Source: Neoconidiobolus thromboides FSU 785 (Eukaryota; Fungi; Entomophthoromycota). Taken from it: a stretch of DNA of 64,000 bases. Made by a program: the position numbers and the translations under genes. The notes beneath the pieces are model-generated. The model saw only the letters and a list, made by a program, of their open reading frames with translations. It searched no databases and was not told where the DNA came from. Every line of letters begins with the position of its first letter. Positions within the stretch are counted from its first letter, which is position 1. The DNA lies in NCBI GenBank assembly GCA_025603075.1, contig MU626322.1, positions 43,997-107,996 of the forward strand. The letters are read 5' to 3'. Shown one piece after another: positions 25,449 to 38,254 of the stretch.

Positions 25449-27197
25449 TGTAATATTTTTATTGACCAAGTATAAAAAACTTTATAAAAAAGATATAGTT
25501 TTATGAGGATCAATTAATAAAAGTAAAAAATAATTAATTACTCTTATTAGTTTAAACAATTTTATTCAAACCCACCTTATTATCTGGGTCTTAATGACGA
25601 CTGAATTAAGTTGGGTTAACTGATCTCTACCCCGGTTTAAAGGGCTAGGCACTTGTTAAGATTAAATTTAAGTGGTTCTATTGTTTTTTTCTAAAGCTAT
25701 CAAAGCCGATTTTTTATGTCAATAATGTTTATCCATTATTTAGAGTCTATTTTAAAAATAAAAATTTATATGCTCAACAAACTGATATTCTTCAAAAATA
25801 CTTAGTGTCCAAGAGTAGCAGATAAAAAAATGTACTTTAGGTTTCAGAGATGTCACCGTTGAGAGTTATTTCAAGAAAAATATCCAAAATAAACAGTATA
25901 AATAAATTGTTATGAAATAAAACTCATTCTAAGTTGAAATAATATTAACATAAAATTTATTTATTTATACACTAAAATTACTATTTATTTTTATTTTATC
26001 TTATATTGCAAAACATTATACTCATTTATAATCAGTAATCTTCTACACCCTGTATAACTCAATAATAACATCTATCCAATTAAACTTAAACTTAATGAGA
26101 ATATAACTTAGTACTTTTAATATACTAAACAGGATTTATTAATAATCTTATAAATCAATAATTAAAAGAGCAAACAAAACCAAATAAAACAAAAGAATGC
26201 TAATTTGCTACTTAAAAATTAATAATAGATAAATACAGTACTTTTAATTACTGACATGCGCTATGTTTTTGAGGTATGAGGTTTTAAAGTTTGAACCATC
26301 AAATTTGATGTTTACGGCATCAATTGCTTTCAGTATTAGCAATTTAGTCAATTATTTCTTAAAATCGAATAGCATCTCATGATAGAAATCCAGCTTAAAG
26401 TAATGACCCACATCACTAAAATAACAAATAAAAGATCAAGCTTTTGATTAACAAATAGAACATTTTAGACAATAAAACTAACAACGCAACAAATAAACGA
26501 AAAATAGAACTTAACAATTTATTAATGAAAATTAATAATAGAAGCAACAATAAAGATACTATTTCATTTCTACTTACATATCTTATAAACAAAGGGAAAA
26601 AGGGTGACTTAAAAAAGGAAACTTAATTAATATAATGAGATTAAAGAAATAGGAATTAAGCAATAAATTTAGTTCCTCAAGTGGGTGAATAAAGAGACCA
26701 GTTTATAAATGAAAAAAAGAATGTTAGATCAACCGGAATCTAAAAATAGATTTTAAAGGAGTAAGCAAATAAAACATGAGAGGAAGTGGAGACTTTAAAT
26801 AGAAGAGGAATGATTGGGTAGTTCAGGATCGGTCTATTGGAAAAATAAGTTTAACTTTTAATTGGTCAAACTTGTAAATAGAAAATTATAAAAGCACAGC
26901 AAAAATACACAGTGATCTTTTTTTATAAAATTAAATTTTACAAGTTAGAAACTAAAGTTTAACTAATAGCCTCAAAAGTTCAGCATAGTGTATGAACTTT
27001 AGATGAAATTAAGAACCTTTATATTCAATTAATCTATATACCCATTTGATTTTCGTTTTCGTTTTATGTTCAATTAGACTACTCTATTAATTACTTTCCT
27101 AATCCCTAATATCATTTGATTTTATTTCGTTATTGTGTACTACTACGTTGTTGAACAACTTTCTTTGGTTAAACCTATTTAATAATATTATTTTACA

Positions 27198-27455
27198 ATG
27201 CTAGCTTCTCTATCTCCTCCTCATACCACTAATAATAAGGATAATTTGATTCGAAAGTTACAATATTATCTTAATTCGTATGCGATCAAAAATGCAATTT
27301 GTCCCATCTGTAGCTACAAATTAGAGTCTGTCAGTAATTTAGAAATCACAGATTTTAATCTGTGTATGTTATGTTCCAAAACCTACCCAGTAAATGATGA
27401 TGTTGATACTATTGTTCAAATGAGTGATATTGATGAAGATTTAATGATTCAATAA
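27198..27455 (+). CDS. Small putative zinc-ribbon protein, 85 aa
   Basis: CPIC-x17-CMLC followed by an acidic tail; isolated ORF. Confidence 0.45.
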   Translation: MLASLSPPHTTNNKDNLIRKLQYYLNSYAIKNAICPICSYKLESVSNLEITDFNLCMLCSKTYPVNDDVDTIVQMSDIDEDLMIQ

Positions 27456-28530
27456 ATTATCATTTTATTTAATTTGTTTTTCTGCTTTTTTACTATTTAT
27501 TATTATTTTTTATTTAACCTAATTATGAATTGTCTGCTTAGATTTTTGTTTTATTTTTAGACGCTATTTGCTTTGTTTAGGCAAATATTTTTTATGTTCA
27601 GTTTTAAAAAAGCTGTTAACAAATGGAAATATTGTTTTTGAGTTAAATATTGAAGCCATTTTAAATCAGGTTTTCTTTTTTTAAAGATTCAAGTATACTT
27701 AAATCAACAAAATGATAATTACCATTATGTTATAATTGGAATATTTAATATTCTACAAATATAAAAATACAAAGACACTTATTTTTATAATATGTGTTTC
27801 ATCAAATTAATTAATCTTCCATTTTTTTGTTATTTTTAGAGCTCATTATTTTTGTAATGATAAAAATAACTGAATACTTTATGGCTATTCCATAACTTTT
27901 ATAATAAATATATGTTAGAGATTAAAAATATATTTCATGAATTTACTTTGTTATTTTTTAACTGATATCTTTATTCTTAAAAGTATTATTAATTCTAAAA
28001 GCTACAACTTTATAATAAAACATAGCTAATGAATCATGTTCTAATTTTAGTATCATATCTTCAGCTTAAATAAGATTAAATTTAAGAGTATACTTTTAAC
28101 CAAAGTTAATAATTATAAATGATTATTAAGTTGAATTTTATTTGATCCAATTTGTTATATTATCTTAGCTGTTAGGACCTTATACACAACGTCTGGTAGA
28201 ATTGCATACTTGGAATCTTTAGTTTTTTTATAATTCATAATGAAAAAATTGTATTCTTATAACCTGTATTTTAAATGTTCTAAATATATCATTTACTAAT
28301 AAAAATCAAACCAGAATATTAAAATTGGATAGAGTGTCTATTTTGCTTATAAATTATGACATTCAAATACAGTTCTTTTAAAACTCATATTTATAATCTA
28401 TTATAACATGTATCTATATTATATTACGTTTTGTTTTAAAAATTCCAGGTAATTAAGTTAAAATGTTTTTAGTGAGTTATTTAAAACTTTATTATTATGC
28501 TATAAGCCACCTTATATTACAATTATTGTT

Positions 28531-28631
28531 TGGGGATGTTTTTTTTGGCTTCATCATTTTTTCCATCTTTTAAGCGCTATTTGAGTGGAAAAATTATTAA
28601 TAAGATTCTTAAACAAAAAAATCCATCCCCA
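28531..28631 (-). mobile_element. MITE-like copy
   Basis: Matches consensus. Confidence 0.8.
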
Positions 28632-28810
28632 TTTATTAGTAATTTTTACTAATAATTGCTTATCTTTCATGAAATTTTGTTAAATTCATACTACGCTCTT
28701 TATCCATATATCAGCTAATTTGTTTTATTTTAGAACTTCCAAAAATCTTTCAACTCTAGCTTAAGCATTAACATAACCTTCACTCACCGATTATTTAGTT
28801 TTTCAATTAA

Positions 28811-28918
28811 CATATGGGAATACTTTTTTTGACTTCATTGTTTTTTTCCATTTTTTAAGCGCTATTTAAGCGGAAAATTTGTTAATAAAATTCTTAAACA
28901 CAAAAATAGGTCCCTATA
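28811..28918 (-). mobile_element. MITE-like copy
   Basis: Matches consensus. Confidence 0.8.
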
Positions 28919-29215
28919 TTAACTCTTTTGGTTTAAATACTTCATTTATAGTCTTCTCCTTCTTACTACTCTTCCTTCAGAAACTTCATTTCTATAGATA
29001 CTATATACATTGAACTTGAAAGCCCTTGGCGCTAGAAGAAATGTCACCTTATGAAACATGTATCACAAAGTAAATAGTTAAAAATTATTACTAGCTAATC
29101 TTAAGGTTTGAGCATCTTTTGGTCTTTTTTATCTAAAAAACTCAGCCTATCTCATCTATGACTCGCCTTGAACATTGGTTCCCTTCTCTCCATTTCTGAA
29201 TAGAGTATATCGCTA

Positions 29216-29314
29216 TATATGGATGTATTTTTTTGTTTAAGAATTTTACTAACAGTCTTTCTTCTTAAATAGCGCTTGAAAATGGAAAAAGCGATGAGAT
29301 CAAAAACATTCTCA
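29216..29314 (+). mobile_element. MITE-like copy
   Basis: Matches consensus, right end diverged. Confidence 0.7.
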
Positions 29315-29789
29315 TCCCTTATTTAACGCCAACTTAGACTAGAAAAAATCCAAATTCATAAATACTTCAAAAAGCATCCCTTAAAAATAAGGTACTACTG
29401 GTCAAAATTTCTGTCTTATGATTTTATTCTTTATGTTGAATATATTTAAATTAAACCTCAAATTAGTCAAGCCACAGATATAGTTTAATATTGACTTTGG
29501 AATGACTCTAAACAAAGATCTTAGTTTAATATTTTAAACACCTTGGCATCTCAAGGAAAATAAAGTCTACTAAATATTAGAGATATAGGAAAAACCTAGT
29601 TTTGAAGCACTCAGTTTCAATTCATAATATTTTCAATATCGATTTCTGGCATCTAATAATTAAACTCAAATAGGTGGTCGTCCACTCTTTTTTTTCAACT
29701 ATTGAATTCTTTTATGATCCCTTAATTTTTAACCCACTAATAAGAAATGGATAGTCCATTCTTTTGAAGGATCGGAGAAAAAAAAATCT

Positions 29790-30660
29790 ATATATCAACC
29801 AAGGAATTTACATATCTTTACTCCCTCTCCATTCGACAATTTTATATCAGACTTTTCGAGCAAAGGGTAATATAACCTCTCTATCCTAAAGCCCTATTTT
29901 CGTATCCATCCATAGATCAAGTTCTCATTTTTAGAAGAAGTTATCCCTAAGCTCTCTACCTAAGCTCTCTATAATCATATACAGATACTCTCATACAACG
30001 TTCGCGCTACTAAATATTGCTCCTAAGTTTAAAGCGATTTTCGTTATTTTTTCTTATTACAACCAATTCAAGTTCAGGTTACTATGTAGATTCACTACCT
30101 ACTCAGCTACGTCGCATCTCTAAAAATATTTTTTATTTACATGAATTACCTGGTCCTAGTCTTCCTGGCTTACTCAATTCATTAAGTTTATGACGCTTTT
30201 TCCCTTCCTCTATAATTTTGAACCCTATTTAAACTTCTAATTATTTTGACTCGATATTGATCATCTATGAAACTTTCACAATCTTTTATTTTTACCTTCA
30301 GTCTTTTTATTCAACTTTAGTCATATTGTGTTGATAGATCAATAGACAGCCTTTTGAAGATCAAAAGTGGGATTTATTCCTCTTGTATTTCTGAGTTTTT
30401 TAAAGGAAGACAACTATTGTGCTTACTATCTTTTATTAAGAGACTTTATTGTTAATAATTGAGAGATTCAAGTTAAGTAACTTAACTGTCTACTATTTTT
30501 ATTATTATAATAAACCAATTGGGAATGATGCCTTTCAAGAAGGAGACAATCAATGAGTTATCTTGATTAAACAATACAGTTTACAAGTAATGGATAAAGT
30601 GATTATATAAAAATATATAGTTCCATTGTTGTAATAAAATATAAACCTAAAATAGGTCTT
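29790..30660 (-). mobile_element. Degraded non-LTR (LINE-like) retrotransposon reverse transcriptase relic
   Basis: Ordered remnants RPI (30651-30659), FDLQKA (30348-30365), RLGPG for GxxQG (~30150), SANVV for YADDV (29994-30008), KFLG (29798-29809) with RT-like spacing; many stops. Confidence 0.6.
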
Positions 30661-31171
30661 TTCAAGACTTTTACTTAGTTAATGATGTATTTCCCAGTGG
30701 TATACTGATATTATATATCGGTAAATAAATAAAGATAAAAGCTTATTAAATTTAAGTTTAGTTTATACAATAGCATTTATACAGTCATTTAACAAAGCTT
30801 TTAAACTATAAAAATATAAGATACATAAATAATAAAAATACTAAGATATGAATGTATGATTTGTTTTAAAATGAATATCTCGTTGCTCTTTTTCGAAAAG
30901 ATTAATTAATTAATATAAGTTTATAAGCCATGCTATCGCCTTAAACCATACTATCTCAATCATATATTGATGTTTATTGACAATAATATAAAATTATGAT
31001 ATTATTTAGTGTCACTTAAAAAGCTAAAAAAAATTTTACAACAAACCTACAGCTTCAACTTTGATTTGCCAAAAATGATAAATGCTTTTTAAACCACAAC
31101 TATTGGCTTAGCCCAACTTGGAAAGATTTAGCGCCAGCAAACGGTGAGAACCATTTTTAAGCCAATTTCTT

Positions 31172-34100
31172 ATGGATGAGCCAACCATTTATAGCAATTT
31201 GATCAAGTTAAAAGGGCTAGAGGAGGTGCAATGGTGTTGCTATTCACAGATTATTACAATGGGAGAGTTATATCATAAAGATGCTAGAGATAGTTCAATT
31301 TTTGTGACGTATAATGAGTTATTAAATAAGCAAGTGCCCTGCTTTGTTTCATTAGAAAGCTATAATGGAGATCAAGCTTTACTGATTTTATTTGTATTTT
31401 ATTTTTCGGAGGGAAGAAGAGTTAAGGTTACTAACGAGGATTTAAAAGGTTTGTTTTAGGTTTATTTCTATTTTTTTGGATTTGTTTTGATGTTCATTTC
31501 TATTAGAGGTTAAAAGTGGAATTATTACCAATGAAATGTTGCAAAAAACATCGGCTGCCGACTTATACCCTGATAAATCTCAACTATTTTCAATAAATAT
31601 TTCCAACGAAATTCATCCAAAATTCAATCAAAGTTCAACAATACCGTTAAAGTTAAATGAGTTTAATGAAATGGAGTTGCTTATATTTGCTATTAAAAAT
31701 TTATTTTCAAAGTAAGGATCACTATCTTTTTTAAATCATGATCTAACAATTTAGTGAAATTAAGAAAAAAGGAGCGATTCAGTTAGGAAGATCTTTTATA
31801 ACGCCGATAAAAAAAGTAGCTCAGATTCAAGGAACAAATGTAACTGAACAGATTAAGTACAAGTGTATTGATATTGATCCTTGGTATATGAATTCTAGTT
31901 TTTATTTCAAGCCAATTTCAAGAGATATCAATATTAAAAATATTTCTTTTTGTAAGTCTATTAATAACGGAGATAAGGTTTTATTAAGTCCACATGGTAC
32001 AGAAGGTATATTTTTGACTTTTTCTAAAATTAAAGAGCAAGAAGAAAACCAGTTATTGAATCTATGGGCTCATAAAACAAGCATCCCAATTGATATACTA
32101 GATTCGAACTATTATAATGAACATTTAAGTAGCCAAACTGGTGGAGTAAATTCAAATAAGTTTTGTATAATATTAATTTCAAAATTCAACATTCGACTTC
32201 ATTACCCATGTTCACTTGTTTTTATTGTTAATGATATAAATAAATTCGAGGAAGATGAAGCATCTAGTCAGCATAGTATTAAGGAATTACTCGATTCTTT
32301 GGTATCAAATGCACCCTCAAACAATTTAAATACAACAACGGAACCAGTGACGCCGCAGAAAATAAAAGGAAATGAGGATAATGTTTCAAAAAAAGAAAGT
32401 GTTCTTGAAAGTATGTTTGATAGAGTTAGCATCACAGATGTAGATAAATGGCTAGACTCACTTTCGCTTACGACCAAAGAAACCCCACCTAATTTACAGA
32501 ATAAAAATGGATTGATTGACACGATCCAATCTACGCATTTCGATACAGTTTCTCCATCAAATCCGGTCCCATCATTAATTTCAGGTAATATTGCTGGTAC
32601 AGATCCAACACCGCCTACAGATTATGAAGTTCCAATAGGACATGATATGTTGAACAATAGCCTCGGTTTTTTACCTGATCCATTAGAAGATTTTTGTATG
32701 GATGAGTTTGATAATTTTGGTAACTTTGAAATTACAGACACGGATTTTAGTTATTTTGATAAGAATGACTCAAAAAATAATTCAGCACACTCAATACATC
32801 CTACACTAGAACATGAGAACTTGAAAGCTACAATTAACGGAGGAAACATAATGGAAAAAGGAGAATCAAATCAGTATTTGTTTTCAAATGGTAATGAACC
32901 ACATACAATATTAAATGGAATTACAAATGATAATTTAAGTAATTTAAATGGAAAATATTTTAATAATGATAATTTGAACATGAAAAACGAATCAAATACG
33001 CCTACCGAATCAACACTTCATGAAAAACTAAGAAATCCCAATCTGCATGTAATTCTTACATCCTCAGATCCCTGGCTATCTATAAATTATAAGCCATTAA
33101 AAAATTTCATAGTCAATCGAGGATTCCTTGAAGGCGGAAAATATTCAAAATTTTCAAAAGAATTAACGAAAGCACTGAAAAAAATGCCTAGCAAACCTTT
33201 TAAGACATTAAAATATCGACCATACTATGTACCAGCTTCTTTGAAAGAGAAGGAAGATACAGATGAAGGTACATTGTTAAAAAGGTCAGGCAAAAAAAAA
33301 CGTATGGATCATAGTTGGTTGAAACAGATGCCAAGTAAAATCAGTCGCTTAAATGGGTATAAAGGGTATCAACTTACAGTCTCTAAAGATATTAAATCAA
33401 CTGCTTCAGCATCAAATTCAAATTATGAATGCTCTTCGGAATCATCTTGTATCCCCGATTCACCTCAGACAGGATTAGAGGGAAAAAGAGCCAATACTAA
33501 AGATAAAGTAAAAGAAAACGATTACTTAAATGAAGTTGTACTTTCGCCTAATTTTTCATTTGTTTGGTTAAGAGTGAATTCATCACACAATTGCAAAATA
33601 CATCCGCCCAATTTATTAATTAATGATAATATTAATGCATCACAAAGTAATACTGAAATCGGAACAAACAATATAAGTATATGGGAAGATGTAGATACAT
33701 TAAGGATATTTATGGATCAATTAAGGACATATTATTATTATCCAGATGATATTCATTCTATAAACTTTCATCAACTTCATGCATCATGTTATAATACTGA
33801 ACCATCAGAAGTATCATTATGTTGGAAAGATGTATTAAAATCATTACAATGTTTGACAACAATATTTAAAATTAACCAGCCCTCGCTAATCAATTCTAAA
33901 CTAAAGAATAAGTTTCACATAAGTGGTCCATTATCTATTAAGGATTTTCATAAAGCATTGAGTGACAGTTACTTGTATAAGCTTCAAACAAATAGCCAAA
34001 TACCTCAAACACTTGATCCTAAAATGAACCCATTTGCTTATATTTCTGGTCCTAAAATACAGGCTTATAATGTTTATAACACGCCCATTGAATTGGGTAT

Positions 34101-35770
34101 TTCTTCAGCTTCATTTTGGAAAACGTTGTCTTTACAACCTATTCATGGCATTAAAGATTTAACTGCTTTAATTGTTTTTCCACAACAATCTTTTACAACC
34201 AAACAAACTTCGTCTTTTTTTGATCAACTATTCCAAACTTATAAAGTAGTTATTGCATTATATTACTACAATTATTGTTTATTAATTTGCTTTGCTTTAG
34301 GAATGTCATTTGGGCAGTATTAATGCTTTAACAAATGTTGACTCAACTAAAAGCTACTTTCCATTTCCTAACAAAGCAAAAGGTAATTAATATTCACTAA
34401 AATAAATAACAAAATTAACTATCTTTAAGACTTCAAAGAATTAATAAATTTACTTGCTCAATTTAACTCAAATTTAGGTAAGACACAATATAATTAAATC
34501 AAAATATCAACACTAATTTTTACTATAGCAGAACAAATTTGTAACTTACCGTCAGCAGTAATTCCAAAAAAGATCATACTATTTTATGTTACTCCCCTTA
34601 ATTTAAGTTCAACAAATGCCTTATGGCTTGTCTGTAAATCATTTCGCCAGTTTGTTGCAAAAATGGAAGCTACGCTTCCAAAAACATGTCAGGTTCATTT
34701 TAAAGTAAGCCATTATTTATTATGCCTAATGATCATATGTTTATTCTTTATTAGATCATTCCTTCAATCATTTTACAATATTATCATTCAAACCAAATCT
34801 CGCTAGATTATTATTTAAAATTGTCCTTTAATATTTACTCCCAGTTTCATAAAAACGAAAATGAGGTAAGCTATTGTAATACATAACATGCTAATAATAA
34901 TTAATAAATAAATAGCCTTTAATTAATAGTCAATCCTCTACTATTTATTGCCCACCTTATTTTTTAAGTTCTCCACCACCAATACAAATTAATTATAAAA
35001 TGACGAACGAAGACGTAGCCTTGTTTGATAATGAAAATACGCTACATTTAACTTATTCATGGGGGGCCGATTATGATTGTGTCATAGCCGTATGGATTGA
35101 TCGTACTGCACAATATTTAGATCACATTCTTTTACCAGTTGATAAAAAAGCCTTCAAAGATTATTCTTTTTTAGTGGATCAACTATTTCAAGCCACAAAA
35201 AAATTTCAGGCAAAGTATTTCAAGCATAATGTACGTTTAGCTATTACCAAATTAGGGGTTATGGAAATAACTGAATTAGAAAGTTGGAAAAAATTAATTA
35301 AAAACATACCAGGTTCTTGTATTATGTGTGCAGGTCAATCTTCTGGATTGCAATTTTTTAGTGATGTGGATATCCATCATGCTTTTGAAAATATTAATAT
35401 TGAGGCTTCTTCTTTAATTATCACAGAAACAAGGGTACCCTTAAGTAAAAATTTATATTCCAGTGCAGTAGGTATCTTGAGTTATGAAGGAATACCGGCG
35501 ATTAATTTAGAAGTGTTTTTATTATATAATACATTTCAAATTGCTTCACCACCATCACCTTTAATTCCTAGTTTTCGAACGGTGTTAGCGCAACTGAATG
35601 ACCTTAGAGTACTTGATAATTCATTAAGACCACCATTTAGCGTTGGATTTCATCCCAATCTGGAGTGTTCTAACCCCATTTTATGCGATGTTTTATTGCC
35701 TTTACCGTGGAGATGGGTGCTAAGTTCTTTTCTTCACATTGAATATGTAAAGAAAATGGATTTAGTTTAA
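31172..35770 (+). CDS. MED13: Mediator kinase-module subunit Med13 (Ssn2/Srb9); multi-exon
   Basis: N-terminal SNLIKLKGLEEVQWCCY, central SSASFWKTLSLQPIHGIKDL, C-terminal LHLTYSWGADYDCVIAVWIDRTAQ. Confidence 0.78.
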
Positions 35771-36056
35771 GTAAGTACAATTTAAATAACACTAATAAGA
35801 ACAACTAAAAAGGGAAGTAATTAATTTAATAACTAAAAGTGAAATAAGTTATAATTGACAGATGATTGATTAATTAATAACATGAAAATTTAATAATATA
35901 GCTTAATACTATTTATACTGTGACATAAAAATAGAAGTGAGAGAATGTGATGAAAATAAAGAAAATGATAATTTATTAATTTATTTACTTTTTTATTAAT
36001 ACTATATTTAATGTTTAATAAAATTACATATCTATTGTTAATTATACACTTCAACT

Positions 36057-36690
36057 CTATTTTTCTTCTGCTAAACTTCTTTTTTTCCAAAAAGCTTTAC
36101 CATAATTAATCAATAACTCTTGGTTATTGCTAATATCACACAAAGTAAACACACCCATTGCTAACTCCATAGTATTCAAATCAAAAAATTCTCGAAACTC
36201 ACAGTTTGGCTTAGAGGCTATGTTTCGATAATCGTTAATATATCTTGCCTCGTTTCCTAAAAAAGGATAAAATCATATTAATACATTATGTTATATTTAA
36301 ATAAAACCCTTTACCCATTTTATCTGCATCCACTGAATATACATTTAAAAATGACAACACATAATCTGATTCTTTATCATATCCCTCTTCACCAGTAACC
36401 CAACCAACATATTTAATCAACAACTCATCTTTAACAAAACTTTTTCCACTGAATAAACCAAAATAAGGATATGCTGGATGCTGTTTATTCGTCAACGCTT
36501 TGATCTTTAATTTCTTTTGATTTTTTTTACTATCATAACTAAACACAAGTAAATCTCTAAATCGATATTTGCCTTCTTTGAAGCCTTGATAGCATTCTAG
36601 ACTGAGTGACTGAATGGATTTTTTTACAGCTGTTGTAGCATATTGAGGTTGATCAATATATTTTAGTTTAGTGTCAGGCCACGCTTTCAT
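36057..36690 (-). CDS. Small stand-alone SET-domain protein (2 exons)
   Basis: HPAYPYFGLFS..KYVG..VDADKM|GNEARYINDYR..PNCEF..ELLINYG SET motifs; intron ~36260-36315. Confidence 0.85.
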
Positions 36691-36930
36691 GAGTTATAAG
36701 TTTATGACTAAGAGGAATGGAATAAAAAGTTAAACCAATTAAAAATGAGCTCTTGAAGTGAGGTCTTTTTGATAAGGGATAAAAATTTTAATTGATAAGA
36801 AAAGTGACTGATTCAACGTCATTAATAAATAAAAATTGTATTAAAAAATAAAGAAATATATATAAAAAGAGCTGAATGAAAGGAACATTTTAATTTTGAT
36901 TTGTACTGAAAATAAAACAATATAACAGTA

Positions 36931-38254
36931 ATGATATCAAAATTATCTAGAGTAAATTTCAACCATAAAAACTTCAACAATTGAATCACTAACTTTCATT
37001 TAGTTCCCCAAATTATCTTTAACATTAAATGCAAAACGATGCCTATCACATACAACTCCAGTTACCAGCTTATTGTCCATCTATAATCAACCTAAGATTA
37101 CTTTTATCAAAGGCAAGGGCATGATACTAACGGACAATGATGGTAACAATTATTTAGACATGACAGCAGGTATAGCTGTAAACGCTTTAGGTCATAGTGA
37201 TCCAAAAATAAGCCAAATACTTTATCAACAAAGCCAAGAATTGATTCATCTATCGAATTTATACCAACATCCTCATTCAATTGAATTAAGTGATAGATTA
37301 ATTCAATATAGTAATAATGATTTTGATAAAGTATTTATATGTAACAGTGGCACCGAAGCCACCGAAGCAGCATTAAAATTTAGCCGAAAATACCAATATA
37401 TCAAATGCGGTAATAAAAGTGAAAAGTTTAATTTTATATCATTTAAAAATGCATTTCATGGTAGAAGCATGGGTGCTTTAAGTGTTACTGGGAATCAAAA
37501 ATATCAGTTGGCTTTTGAACCTTTAGTGCCTGGTGTGAAACAATTAGAATTAAATTGTTCCCTAGAAATATTAGAAAAGAGTTTGGGTAAAGATAGTAAT
37601 GTAGGTGGTGTAATTGTTGAACCGATTCAAGGAGAAGGAGGAATTCATATAGCGAGCTACGAATTTTTAAAAAATTTAAGGAAGGTGTGTGATAAAAATG
37701 ATGTCTTATTAATTTATGATGAAATTCAATGTGGTTTAGGTAGAAGTGGTAAATTATGGAGTTATCAACATTATGAAAATGTAAAGCCAGATATTTTAAA
37801 TTGTGCTAAACCTTTGGGGAATGGAATACCTATTGGTGCAACCTTAGTTAATAGTAAAGTTGGAGATTGTATTCATGTAGGTGATCATGGTACCACCTTT
37901 GGTGGTAACCCATTGGCATGTGCAGTGGCTAATTATGTAGTCAGTAGGATCAATGAAAAAGAATTTTTAAATAACGTTGATATGATGGGAGAATATTTAA
38001 TTAGTGAATTATGTTTATTACAAAATCAATATGCGTCTATTATTAAAGAGGTTAGAGGTAAAGGATTAATGATTGGGGTGGAGATTCATAAGGGATTTGA
38101 TGCTAAACAGATAGTACAATTAGGTTTAGACTTAGGGATGTTGATTATTACATGCGGAGAAAACACGATTAGAATTGTTCCTCCTTTAATTATTAATCAA
38201 GAGTATTCAGACCAATTTTTGAAGATATTTAAACAAATTTTAAATAAACTATAA
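36931..38254 (+). CDS. ARG8: Acetylornithine aminotransferase, mitochondrial (class III PLP aminotransferase)
   Basis: YLDMTAGIAVNALGH, NSGTEATE, FHGRSMGALS, EPIQGEGG, DEIQCGLGRSG, AKPLGNG, HGTTFGGNP; short first exon MISKLSR extends a transit peptide. Confidence 0.95.

Noticed and set aside
2351-38135. Short I/L/F/K-rich ORFs (2351, 8164, 18153, 23390, 35890; also 38953 and 46155 5' part)
   Set aside because: Low-complexity AT-rich ORFs with no motifs, or overlapping introns of real genes
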